Assembly (NCBI GenBank): GCA_964016885.1
Contig: OZ024747.1
Location: 43,524,001 to 43,588,000 of the forward strand
Reading direction: 5' to 3'
Origin: Eledone cirrhosa
Taxonomy: Eukaryota
Length of the DNA: 64,000 nucleotides
A program made the position numbers and the translations under genes. Position 1 is the first letter of the stretch. Every line of letters starts with the position of its first letter. Of this stretch, positions 11,012-21,560 are shown piece by piece. The notes under the pieces were generated by a model, which was given only the letters and a program-made list of their open reading frames with translations, was not told the origin of the DNA and made no database searches.

Positions 11012-11354
11012 TTTCATCATCATCATTTCATTTTATGTCCGCTTTTTCCCTGCTTGCAAGGGTGGGACGGGAACTGATTCTGGCTTGATTTCTACAGCTT
11101 GATGCTCTTCCTAACACCAACCTCATTTACAGTGAGTGCTGGGTGCTTTTTTGCTGTGGCACCTCCACGACCACTTTGCAGTGGAATGATATGGACCTCA
11201 GTCCCTATCATCTCATTTCTACAGCTGAGTAAACTGGAGCAATGTGAAATAAAGTGTCTTGCTCAAGGAAACAACACATCACCCGGTCTGAGAATTGAAC
11301 TCACAACCTTTCGGTTGCAAGGCCAATGCTCTAACCACTAAGCCATGTGCCTCC
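11012..11354 (-). mobile_element. SINE family B, full length
   Basis: Reverse complement is near-identical to 18426-18769 and 3829-4131. Confidence 0.9.
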
Positions 11355-11355
11355 A

Positions 11356-11400
<45 letters not shown>

Positions 11401-11403
<3 letters not shown>

Positions 11404-11456
11404 TCATCATCATCATCATCAACGTTTAACGTCCGTGTTCCACGCTTGCATGGGTT
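11401..11456 (-). mobile_element. Extremely 5'-truncated RTE 3' tip
   Basis: Identical to 21561-21616, including the (ATC)n tail; flanked by (TA)n on both sides. Confidence 0.85.
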
Positions 11457-11471
11457 TATATATATATATAT

Positions 11472-12300
11472 AGGGTAAGAACTGGATGGAAGAAGTTTAG
11501 GGAACTACTACCACTGCTAGCTGCAAAAGGCTTCTCCCTCAGAATGAAAGGCAGATTGTATGATGCGTGTATCCGAACAGCGATGTTGCATGGTAGTGAG
11601 ACCTGGGCGCTGAAGGTGGAAGACTTATGTAGATTAGAGAGAAACGAAGCCTGCATGCTCCGATGGATGTGTAACAGTAATATACGTGAACGACAAAGCA
11701 TAAATGAATTGAGAGAGAGACTGAGCATAAGAGGAATCAAATGCTGTGTGCAGGAGAGGCGGTTGCGCTGGTATGGACATGTGATGCGTATGAAGGATGA
11801 CAGCTGCATAAAAAGGTGCAGAGCACTAGAAGTTGATGGAAACCGCGGAGTGGGGAGACCCAAGATGACCTGGGATGAGGTGATAAAAGCCGACCTTACC
11901 CAATTACACCTCTCAAAGACAATGACACACGACCGTGACTTCTGGCGTCACGCAGTAATACAGAGTACCCGACCTCCCATGGGTACAAGCTGAAGCATAT
12001 AAACAATATGCACCCACACCCTCCATGGCAAGGTGGTCGTGGAGGTGCCACGGCAAAAAAGCACCCAGCCCTCACTGTAAAGTGGACGTGTAGGCGCCAC
12101 GAAAAAGCACCCAGCACTCACTGTAAATGAGGTTGGTGTTAGGAAGGGCATCCAGCTGTAGAAATCAAGCCACATCAGTTCCTGTATGAGCAAGGTATGG
12201 TCAGCCGACCAGACACTGCACACAACAGGACAACCCGTCTAACCCATGCTAGCGTGGAAGAACGAACGTAAAACGGTGATGATGATGATGATGATGATGA

Positions 12301-12304
<4 letters not shown>
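11472..12304 (+). mobile_element. 5'-truncated RTE LINE, second subfamily (ORF remnant to 11993, plus 3' UTR)
   Basis: MKGRLYDACIRTAMLHGSETW...RRLRWYGHV...GRPKMTW; 3' UTR differs from the 4268 element; (GAT)n tail. Confidence 0.9.
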
Positions 12305-12340
<36 letters not shown>

Positions 12341-12416
12341 CAAAGGCGATCTGGTAAGGAACCAGATGGACCATAACGCACCAAAGTACTCAATACTTAG
12401 GGTAGTAGAGTGGGAA

Positions 12417-12537
12417 ATAGGAACAAGTATGACCCCGACGGCAGAGCTCAAGCCGTTTCGATGGCTATTTCTGGACAGTCCAGAAATAGCCGTCGAAACG
12501 GCTTGAGCTCTGCCGTCGGGGTCATACTTGTCCCTAT
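12417..12537. repeat. Long inverted repeat: 60-bp arms, 1-nt loop, 2 mismatches
   Basis: 12417-12476 is the reverse complement of 12478-12537. Confidence 0.95.
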
Positions 12538-12580
12538 ATATATATATATGTATATATGTATATATGTATATATATATGTG

Positions 12581-12616
<36 letters not shown>

Positions 12617-13477
12617 CATATACTATATATGCTATATATAAACAACAACAATAATGATAACAATGACAACTGCAACAATAATAACAACAACAACAATAGC
12701 AACAGCAGTAACAACATAGAAGACATCCTCCTCTTAGTCAATTGTGGTGAAAGGAAAGGAAAGAAAAGAAGAAAAAGAGGAAAAAAAAGAAAGGAGAAAA
12801 AAAAGAAGAAATTCTAAAAAGGAATGAAGAAAATGAAAGATGTAAAAATTCTTCTGTCATAGTCGGTATTGATTGTGTTGAATCTCTGGAGAAACATCAT
12901 AGATGAGATATCAGTCATTGATTTTTTCTAATCAAGTTCAGACATCTAGTTATCTTTACTTACAGATTTTTATGGTAACAAGGGAAGAAGACAACTACAA
13001 CAACAACTACAGCAACAACAACAAAAATAAGCAAAAAAAAAAAAAAAATTTCTTTGCTTTTATTTTTTTTTTTTTTTCACTCAGTCATTTCTCGATTCTA
13101 GGGCATTGGGAAAAGTCTTCTTAAAATAACTTTTGATTGAGGTAGAAAAAAAATATAAAGAAAAAATAAAATAAAATTCAATAATAAAATAATGAAAAAT
13201 AAACATTCATTTCTGAAAAGATTTACTTTATGACAAAACATTCCAGCATGTTAATGAGCAAATTAATAGACAAACTCCTTAAGAAGTGCTATCAGACTTT
13301 ATCAGCTTCAATTTGAGGAGAAAAATAGCAACAAGCCCAATGACAGGGGTTTATTATAATGTCTAAAATCATTTAAATTAAAATCTAACTTGTTAATTTA
13401 TAATCATTGAGAAGTTTTTATATACATTTATATCTTTCTATGTATCTTTCTTTTATATCTTTTTTCCAGAAACAGAT

Positions 13478-13633
13478 GCAGGCTTAGCCATATAATTAAG
13501 GAGTTAGCTTTGCAAACTTGTTGTTTTGGGTTCAGTCCTATTGTAAGGCTCCATGAACAAGTGACTTCTATTATAGCCTGTTGTTCACCAATGCTATGTA
13601 AATGGAATTTGGTAGATGGAAACTGCAGAAGCC
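13478..13633 (+). mobile_element. Old, diverged tRNA/CORE-like SINE family C
   Basis: Degenerate A/B boxes (GGGTTCAGTCC); ACCAATGC...GGAATTTGGTAG shared with 30255-30455. Confidence 0.55.
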
Positions 13634-13924
13634 GATTGTCCTGTCCTGTTTTTAGTCAAGTGACTTTTTATTGTTATTTATTTTGTTTAAGTCCTCACTT
13701 TGAAATCCCATTTGCAAGATACTCACTTGATGTCACATATCTCTACGTTTCTGTGTTGTTTCATATACATCTTTCTGGTCACTTTTTATAAGCTCTCAGG
13801 CAACCTGGGCTCAATATTATGCATGGAATAGCATATACAAGGAGGTGGGTTTCTGATGTGGAAGATAAATACTTTTGTTCATTCGTCCCTAGTATTTAAT
13901 TTTTTTCATGTGCAACTTTGTTTT

Positions 13925-13976
<52 letters not shown>

Positions 13977-13999
13977 TACTGTAGTTGTGTAAAAAATAT

Positions 14000-15700
14000 T
14001 CAAAAGTCAGAGAGCTCTCAATCAGTAACAAGTGTTTGTTATATTTGCAAAGCCATTTTGGTAGGAAAGCATTTTTACCAATGGCTTCTCGTCATTCTAA
14101 TTACATTTCTCAAAAGTACATTTTACATCTTTTGTTACAGAGAGTAGCATTTTGGACCCTTCATGTTTTAATATCAGTTTTAGCATCCAGTCCTTGGTCT
14201 GTTCTAAGTACATAAAAAGGTCTATGGTGACGATCTTAAGTGGCAGTTTCTGTTGTATTAATCAATGGCTGCATTTTTTTCTTGGAAGAAAATCTACATC
14301 CACTTTTGGGATATGCATAAAGTGTATTGTTAGTAGCTTTTGGATTTTGATATCAATTTTGCAAATCTCCGATAGTGACCAGTTAATAATGTTGAAGTTG
14401 CATATAACTACAGGCATGGATAGTGTATTAATAGCCTCCATTTTGTTTCTGCCATTTCACTCTTAAGAATGGCTCTAACACTTTGGTGTTCTTTTTTCAT
14501 CCTCTCTCTTATCAGTGAATCCTTAATTCTGTCTGCCTCATAGATACCTAGATACGTATAATTCTCTTATTGTGATAATCTTATCTAATATAATATAGAT
14601 GGTGGCTACTAATTTACCTTTGACAAATGTAGCCTTAGAACATTTATAAAGTCTGAATTCCATTTTGATGTCATCATTAAATTGTTTTACGGTCTGAAGG
14701 AGTCCTTGTAGTTATAATTTTTTTGTAAAAAGTTTCAAATCCTCCATATAGAAACGATGAATGATGTTTGTTTCATAAGTCTTATAACCATATATGGTTT
14801 CATTGAGAAATTTGTTGAGGAGAATCACTGCCAAGCAGAACAATAAAAGGGATAGTGAGCCTCCTGGGAAGATCCTAGGTTTAATATTAACATCTCAAGA
14901 GTTAATGGTGTTTGTGTTGGTGTTAAGAATTAATGTTGTCTTCCAAGGTGAGATTTTGAATGTCTCAAGACATTCAATTCAACTATGAGGAAAAATATCA
15001 AAGAAGTTTTTATAGATTGTCTATGCCACAGAGATTCTTGCATCTGTTGAAACAATCATGAAGCATCATTTTCTTGATTAAAAGTTTGTCCTTACATCTG
15101 TGTAATCAACTGGAAAAGTGTTGTTGTCAACAAGGGAAGGGTATGTGCATTCTTTCAGAAGTAATGTGAAAAATGTTAACATTGTTGTCAGGTACATTAT
15201 AAGTTTATAATTTTTAGGGATTTTGGTATGATTATTTTTAAGGAGCAAGAATTTGGTGCCACTCAACAGTCACCCAGTCAGTCATTTGTGGTTCTTTCAT
15301 TATAAAATTGCAAACAAAGTTAAATTTGCATGAGATGCAACTAATGTTTAAGATCTTATCTCTGCCCTCTTCTATTCTTTTGTCTCGTTTTTGTTGGTTA
15401 ATCCATGGAGCATTAGGGTCGTGCTCTTTTTATGAGGCTGACTATTCTTTTCTAAGCAGGATGAAACCAAGAGAGGGCACATCAATGCCCATAAGACTAC
15501 TGAGTAATCCAGGGTTTTGTGAAGATTTCTGCCAGAAATGACCCTAAAGTACATTCCTTACATCCCTATTAGGGAACAGTTTCTAGATTGTATTGTTGTC
15601 CTCACTATTTATCACAGTGACTTACATTGTTATACCCACTGTTTACTCAATGTAAACCCCACTCTGCATTGTTTTTGTCAATATATTGTCCCCAATGTCT
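14000..15700 (-). pseudogene. Highly degenerate R4/Dong-like reverse transcriptase remnant
   Basis: Minus-strand motifs in the expected order: PKNYKLIMYL (NYRPITCL-like, ~15210), RIFPGGSLS (GIFQGDSLS-like, ~14865), HRFYMEDLKLF (YMDD-like, ~14745), YTYLGI (~14550); boundaries approximate. Confidence 0.75.
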
Positions 15701-15729
15701 TGGGCACTTGTGGCCAATAAAAGAAACAT

Positions 15730-16270
15730 GTGGATTGGCAGTATCGGTAGAGGGTTGGACGCCATGCTTTGACATATAGAGTTACGGCCCTTGCCATTCT
15801 GAGGTCAAATCCCACCGAGGTTAAACTTTGCCTTTCATCCTTATGGGGTCGATAAAATAAAGTACCAGTAATGCACTGGTTAATTGCTGGCCTTGTGCCA
15901 AAAGTAGAAACAATTATTATTGTAAGAATTGGCAGTATTGGTAGAGCATTGGACAACACACTTCATGGCATAGAGTTATGTCCCTTTCATCCTTCTGGGT
16001 TCAACAAAATGAAGCACCAGTAACAAACTGGGTCGATTTCATCGACTCTCCCCCCTTCCCCCCAAAAATTGCTGGCCTTGTGCCTAAATCAGAAACCATT
16101 ATTATTATTATTATTATTGTTGAGTTACGGCCCTTGCCATTCTGAGTTCAAATCCCGGCGAGGTTAACTTTGCCTTTCATTCTTACGGGGTCGATAAAAT
16201 AAAGTATCAGTAATGCACTGGAATAATTGCTGGCCTTGTGCCAAAAGTAGAAACAATTATTATTATTATT
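15730..16270 (+). mobile_element. Three head-to-tail SINE family A copies (15730-15921, 15926-16118, 16122-16270)
   Basis: Each ends GCTGGCCTTGTGCC.AAA...AGAAAC followed by (ATT)n; the first two begin TTGGCAGTAT.GGTAGAG. Confidence 0.88.
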
Positions 16271-16959
16271 GTTGTTCTCTTACCTGTTCAACTTACTCCC
16301 TTACTTTGGTTCATCTTTAAGATGATCTAACAAGGGACTTGAGTCCTTTTTCATAAGTGTCATTTCTGGTTAGTCATCCCCAAATTAGTTTCTCTTCATA
16401 TTTGTTTCACAACATAATGGATTTATGAACCCTTTCTCCAAATTTCTCTGTAAACAAAAGGAAGTCCAGATGACTTCCTTTGTCTGTTGCATGATGGCAA
16501 TCATAAAGATTTTTAGTTCAATATTTGTATTGATTTAAATCAATATCAATATATTTCACATAATGCTTTACCTGATACTTTGAGTGACATGTTTTGACAA
16601 TGGCTTCATATAATATATAAACAATATTTATCTCTATTTTCACAATATTGAGTGCTCCTTCTTATGTTATGAAACAAGTTCAACAGTCTGTATGAGTGTG
16701 AGTGTTTATGTGTCTATGTATGAATGCATGTACACATACGAAGGTCACTTCATAGTCAGTCTATTAACTTTTCAACTGACTATGAAGGAGTGATGCTAGA
16801 GCTGTGAAATCTTGCATGCATTAATTTCAACTCTTTTCAAGTATGAAAACTAATATGAGACCTGCAAGACGAATCTTCGGTTTAGCAGGGAAAATGACCT
16901 TAAAAAACTTGTTTATATATATATATTTATATATATATATATATGTCAGTCATATATTA

Positions 16960-17245
16960 TGTCAGTTCACCAGTTGGCGCTACTGGTAACATGTATCCCA
17001 GTACAACCTCTCTCATGGTCGGGTCATTGGCGACTAAACTGGCAACCCCACCAAGGTTTCTTGGTGAGGAGAGTGACTTTGGACATCTTGCAGGACTAAA
17101 AACAAAACCTGTCGAAGGGCAAAGGAGCTCTTAAGTGTCAATGGCCATCCAAAATCACTGGGAGAGATGACCCCTTAGCCTTTGTCAAGGCAGAATTCTA
17201 GGAGAAGGAAAACTCTGATATAACACCTGCAACCCTGATGGTATC
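16960..17245 (+). mobile_element. Possible RTE-type LINE 5' leader fragment
   Basis: GC-richer structured block after (TA)n with CTAGGAGAAGGAAAACTCTGAT, which I recall from RTE 5' regions; not verifiable within the window. Confidence 0.35.
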
Positions 17246-17401
17246 CAATGATGTTGACTTGTTCTTCTTTTTGGTAAATATCATCTTGGTTAAGAGAGTG
17301 GGACTGGCTTTGTGCAGTGCCTTTGCTCACTATAAAAGCTTCACGGCACAGGCATTGCTTTATATCTGGAGATCTCTCTGCACTTGTCATCACATGGTAC
17401 C

Positions 17402-17570
17402 ATGGGCCAAGCACTATTTGTCAATAATTGTCACAAGTGTAGTGTTTGTACCAGAGTTTTCAAGTCGCTGGCTGGACTAAAAAGTCACACTCGTTCAGCG
17501 CATCGGTAGGGGTTCTCCTACATGGATATAAAGTAGTGGCCGTACTCGAAAACGAGTTGGCAGCCACCAT
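17402..17570 (+). mobile_element. Probable LINE 3' end encoding a terminal C2H2 zinc finger
   Basis: 17432-17509 reads HKCSVCTRVFKSLAGLKSHTRSAHR* (C-x2-C-x12-H-x4-H), then a short UTR with a CTCG-AAAA-CGAG hairpin, then (TA)n. Confidence 0.6.
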
Positions 17571-17592
17571 ATATATATATACATATGTGTGT

Positions 17593-17763
17593 GTGAGGAT
17601 TAGCTGAAAGGTTTATAGGCTGACTATGAAAGAGTGATGCTAGAAATGTGAAATCTTTTTATTAATAAATGCCTTGTTTCTTTTTAGGGAGTATGTAAAC
17701 CACATTTGGTCATTCCTTGAGAGTATCTTGGTCAGCCTAGGAACCTATCAGACGACTCTCGTA
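17593..17763. mobile_element. Degenerate Tc1/mariner-type MITE; related fragment at ~16737-16860
   Basis: Imperfect TIRs (GCTGAAAGGTTTATAGGCTGAC / GTCAGCCTAGGAACCTATCAG...CTCGTA); CTGACTATGAA.GAGTGATGCTAGA...GTGAAATCTT shared with ~16776. Confidence 0.5.
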
Positions 17764-17825
17764 TGTATATGTTTGTGTTCACATATAACGTCAGTCTTTA
17801 AAGACTGACGTTAATCCCCTATAAT

Positions 17826-18010
17826 TTAATTGTTTCTACTTTTGGCACAAGGCCAGCAATTACCCAGTACATTACTGGTACTTTATTTTATCGACCCCGT
17901 AAGGATGAAAGGCAAAGTTAACCTCGGCGGGATTTGAACTCAGAATGGCAAGGGCCGTAACTCTATGCGTCAAAGCATGGCAACCGACCCTCTACCGATA
18001 CTGCCAATCC
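17826..18010 (-). mobile_element. SINE family A, full length
   Basis: Reverse complement of 15730-15921 with few differences. Confidence 0.9.
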
Positions 18011-18425
18011 ATAATTTAATGATGGTTTGTACATTTTAATTGATCTGTATTCTCCATTCCTTTCATAGACAATATGTTTTTCACTCTGGTGGTATTCTAT
18101 CCCCTTTAATTGAACACAGATCTCTTTGTGTATTTTTCTCTATATACTGTATTTGTGTGTATAAATATGATTTGTTATTGTCATGCTTTCCTGTTACCAG
18201 GGTTTACCTTCTTTTTATTGTTATAATTTTCCTAGTTTTCATTGGTTACTTTTTATTTCCATTGTATTTTGTCATGGGCAAAGTCAATAGCAATACTATT
18301 TGTCATATACATGTTTTACTGGTGCAATGACAACAATCCCCCCCCCCCCTTGTAAGAAGGTGGTAGAGCAGCTGATGCCATGATAAAAAAGCACCCAGTC
18401 CATATGTATATATATATACATATAT

Positions 18426-18769
18426 GGAGGCACATGGCTTAGTGGTTAGAGCATTGGCCTTGCAATCGAAAGGTTGTGAGTTCATTTCTCAGACTGGCTG
18501 ATGTGTTGTTTCCTTGAGCAAGATACTTTATTTCACATTGCTCCAGTTTACTCAGCTGTAGAAATGAGATGATAGGGACTGGGGTCCCTATCATTCCACT
18601 GCAAAGTGGACGTGTAGGCGCCATGAAAAAAAAGCACCCAGCACTCACTGTAAATGAGGTTGGTGTTAGGAAGGGCATCCAGCTGTAGAAATCAAGCCAG
18701 AATCAGTTCCCGTCCCACCCTTGCAAGCAGGGAAAAGTGGACGTAAAATGAAATGATGATGAATGATGA
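18426..18769 (+). mobile_element. SINE family B, full length
   Basis: A/B boxes, CORE-like centre, RTE-like tail, (GAT)n; flanked by (TA)n. Confidence 0.9.
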
Positions 18770-18773
18770 CATA

Positions 18774-18807
<34 letters not shown>

Positions 18808-18820
18808 CATATATATATAT

Positions 18821-19059
18821 AGGTGTCACAACAAAAAAAACACACCATCCACGCTGTAATGTGGCCGTGTAGGTAACACGGTAAAAACCTCCCAGTCCAC
18901 ACTGTAAACGTGGTTGGTGTTAGGAAGGGCATCTAGCCGTAGAAAACCCGCCAGACAGTCCTATACGAGCAAGACAACCAATCTTGCCTCAAGTGGGAAA
19001 ATTCCCGTCCAAACCCATGGAAGATGGACGTTAAACGATGATGATGATGATGATGATGA
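18821..19059 (+). mobile_element. RTE 3' UTR-only insertion (same subfamily as 4268-8331)
   Basis: Colinear with 7970-8331 but with a single UTR unit; (GAT)n tail. Confidence 0.88.
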
Positions 19060-19071
19060 TATATGTATATA

Positions 19072-19246
19072 TAAAATAAAATAAAATAAATAAGTCAAAT
19101 GTTTAAAATTTGGCTTCGTTTATTACTGCTATATATATTTCGGTGACACTAATTCCGACTGCTTGAAGAGGTCACCGAAATATATATAGCAGTAATAAGC
19201 GAAGCCAAATTTTAAACATTTGACTTATTTATTTTATTTTATTTTA
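19072..19246. repeat. Inverted repeat: 76-bp arms, 23-nt loop, 1 mismatch; probable Penelope-like element end
   Basis: 19072-19147 is the reverse complement of 19171-19246; overlaps a hammerhead-like motif. Confidence 0.9.
19158..19193 (+). ncRNA. Minimal type I hammerhead-ribozyme-like motif (C3U variant)
   Basis: ACTGC-TTGAAGA-GG(TCA)CC-GAAA-TATATA-TA-GCAGT: stem I, core, stem II, palindromic stem III. Confidence 0.5.
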
Positions 19247-19566
19247 CATTACTCCGGAGTAACCAAACCAACCTGCGCACTTCATCGAGTGCTCCAATCT
19301 GCATACTGAGGTGTTGGTATACAACCAACATATACTCAAAATATATATATAAATATCCATACAACAAAGGAAATGTGGTAAGGAACCAGATGGACATATA
19401 TATATATATATATGCAGAAGTTATATTTAATTTGTTGGGATTCCAACAAGCTTAAAAGTTTATAACTGATATAAAGCACTCAACTAATAATGGAGTAAAT
19501 ATTCAATATATTAATAAATGGAAACTATATTTATAAAACCATAATTATTTTATTATATATATTTCA

Positions 19567-19598
<32 letters not shown>

Positions 19599-20384
19599 TT
19601 ATTTATAAGTATATATATATACATATTTAGGTGACTCAACGAAGGTTGATAAAGCGACAGTCTGTGTCCAAGCAATATACATATTACTGACTCCACTGGT
19701 TAATTCTCTTTAGACATGGCTAACTAGATGAACTCTCAGCTGCTTCCACATTGTTTTTGATGTTACTCCTCCTGCTTGCTCTGATAATAGTTTCTTTATA
19801 CGCAACAATAATGGTTATAATGCCTAGAATTCTGAAAGCTTTGGGAAAGAAACGAGCCACAAACCATTGGCTGCCAACTTTCACTAACATCCACCTTATC
19901 ACAGACCTCAAAAATATGCTAAATAAATTAAATATGTTTTAACAGACTTACAGATATAAATATACAGACTATAGATTTTATAGAGTTAAATGTATTTTTA
20001 TTGTTATTGTTGCTACTGTTATTGTTTAAACTATTTAGAGTAGGCTGTCTGCTGTTGAGTGTTGTTATTATATTCTCAACATCCTTTACATCCAGTGAAT
20101 GAAATGCACCAAACTTTACCACCCTCCAAACTACAAACACCACACTAACAAATGTACACTTGATATTTTCTGTTTGTTGGCTCGATGTGTTTGTTTAAAT
20201 ATTGATTTCTGTAAAAACAATTGTCGTTGAATATACAAAAGGAAAGATGTCAATTGAAAAAGCCTGGCATATCAGAAGTGGTTTCACCTCATTGGACATA
20301 AACAGTTTCTGTACAAGTCTTCAGAGGGAAGACACTATAAATGTTTCCCCTGTATTGTATTGTTGTCTCTTGTTCCTTTCAACA

Positions 20385-20680
20385 TTACCACCAGCTACCA
20401 CATCCACCACCACTACCACATCCACTACCAACACAACTACCACCTCTACTGCAACTAACACCACCACTACTACTGCCACCACTACCACCACCACCAAGAC
20501 CACAAAGACCACCACGAAAAACAACACTAACACCACCACCACCACCACCACCACCACCACCACCACCACCACCACCAATAACAACAGCACCACCAAAGTG
20601 CTATCACTACTACCACTGTTACTGCTACTACCACATTACTATCACCAACACCACCACCTATCATAATCCCCACTATTAAT
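20385..20680. repeat. (ACC/ACT)n trinucleotide array
   Basis: Seen directly. Confidence 0.9.
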
Positions 20681-20721
20681 GACTGCCACAACAATTACTG
20701 TTACCATTATTTATATATTCA

Positions 20722-20835
<114 letters not shown>

Positions 20836-20837
20836 AG

Positions 20838-20972
20838 ACTGAGGTTGATATATGTTGATGCCCTAAGGACAGACACTGGTCTCTTGGAGACGCAGGACAT
20901 GGCAGTGATGATGAGGGACAGAGACCGCTGGAGAGAACTTGTCCATGGATCTTGGGAATTTTACCCGCCTTA
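20838..20972 (+). mobile_element. LINE (RTE-like) ORF C-terminal tip, separate family
   Basis: Reads IYVDALRTDTGLLETQDMAVMMRDRDRWRELV; compare the DRDLWR C-terminus of the RTE ORF; ends at (TA)n. Confidence 0.55.
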
Positions 20973-21133
20973 TATATATATATTGTTATAATATTGCCAG
21001 AAATAATAACAGAACACACTCACTGTTTGGTTGGATTTTGCTTGTGTATCTTTTATATCTCCATAGTTAATTTATTTGGCAATCAATGTTTATCAGCGGT
21101 TAAAAATACAGATATAAATATATATATGTAGTC

Positions 21134-21177
21134 TATCAAAGTTCTTTCGTCACATATCTGCAACATCATCAGTGGTA
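21134..21177 (-). ncRNA. Minimal hammerhead-ribozyme-like motif
   Basis: Minus strand TACCA-CTGATGA-T-GTTGCA(GATA)TGTGAC-GAAA-GAAC-TT-TGATA; stem I has one mismatch. Confidence 0.5.
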
Positions 21178-21256
21178 CTATTATGTTTCCTCCTATTGTA
21201 TTGTAATGTCTACGCCATTTTTGAACATTGATTGTCAAATAAATTAACTATATATA

Positions 21257-21509
21257 TATATATTGGTAAACGGAATAGAAAATGCTGACAAATTGTTCAC
21301 AGTTGAAAAATGGTTTAATTAGGAATAAAAGAGTATTAGTAATTGTATGGAAAAGCATTTAGAAATGCGCAACCAGTAAAAACTTAAAAACTTAAAACCA
21401 CAACTGAATACTAACCCATACAATTACTAATACTCTTTTATTCCTAATTAAACCATTTTTCAACTGTGAACAATTTGTCAGCATTTTCTATTCCGTTTAC
21501 CAATATATA
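21257..21509. repeat. Perfect inverted repeat: ~94-bp arms, 65-nt spacer
   Basis: 21257-21350 is the reverse complement of 21416-21509. Confidence 0.95.
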
Positions 21510-21560
21510 ATAACTTGTGTGTTACACCTCTATTCGTTTAACTATATATATATATATATA

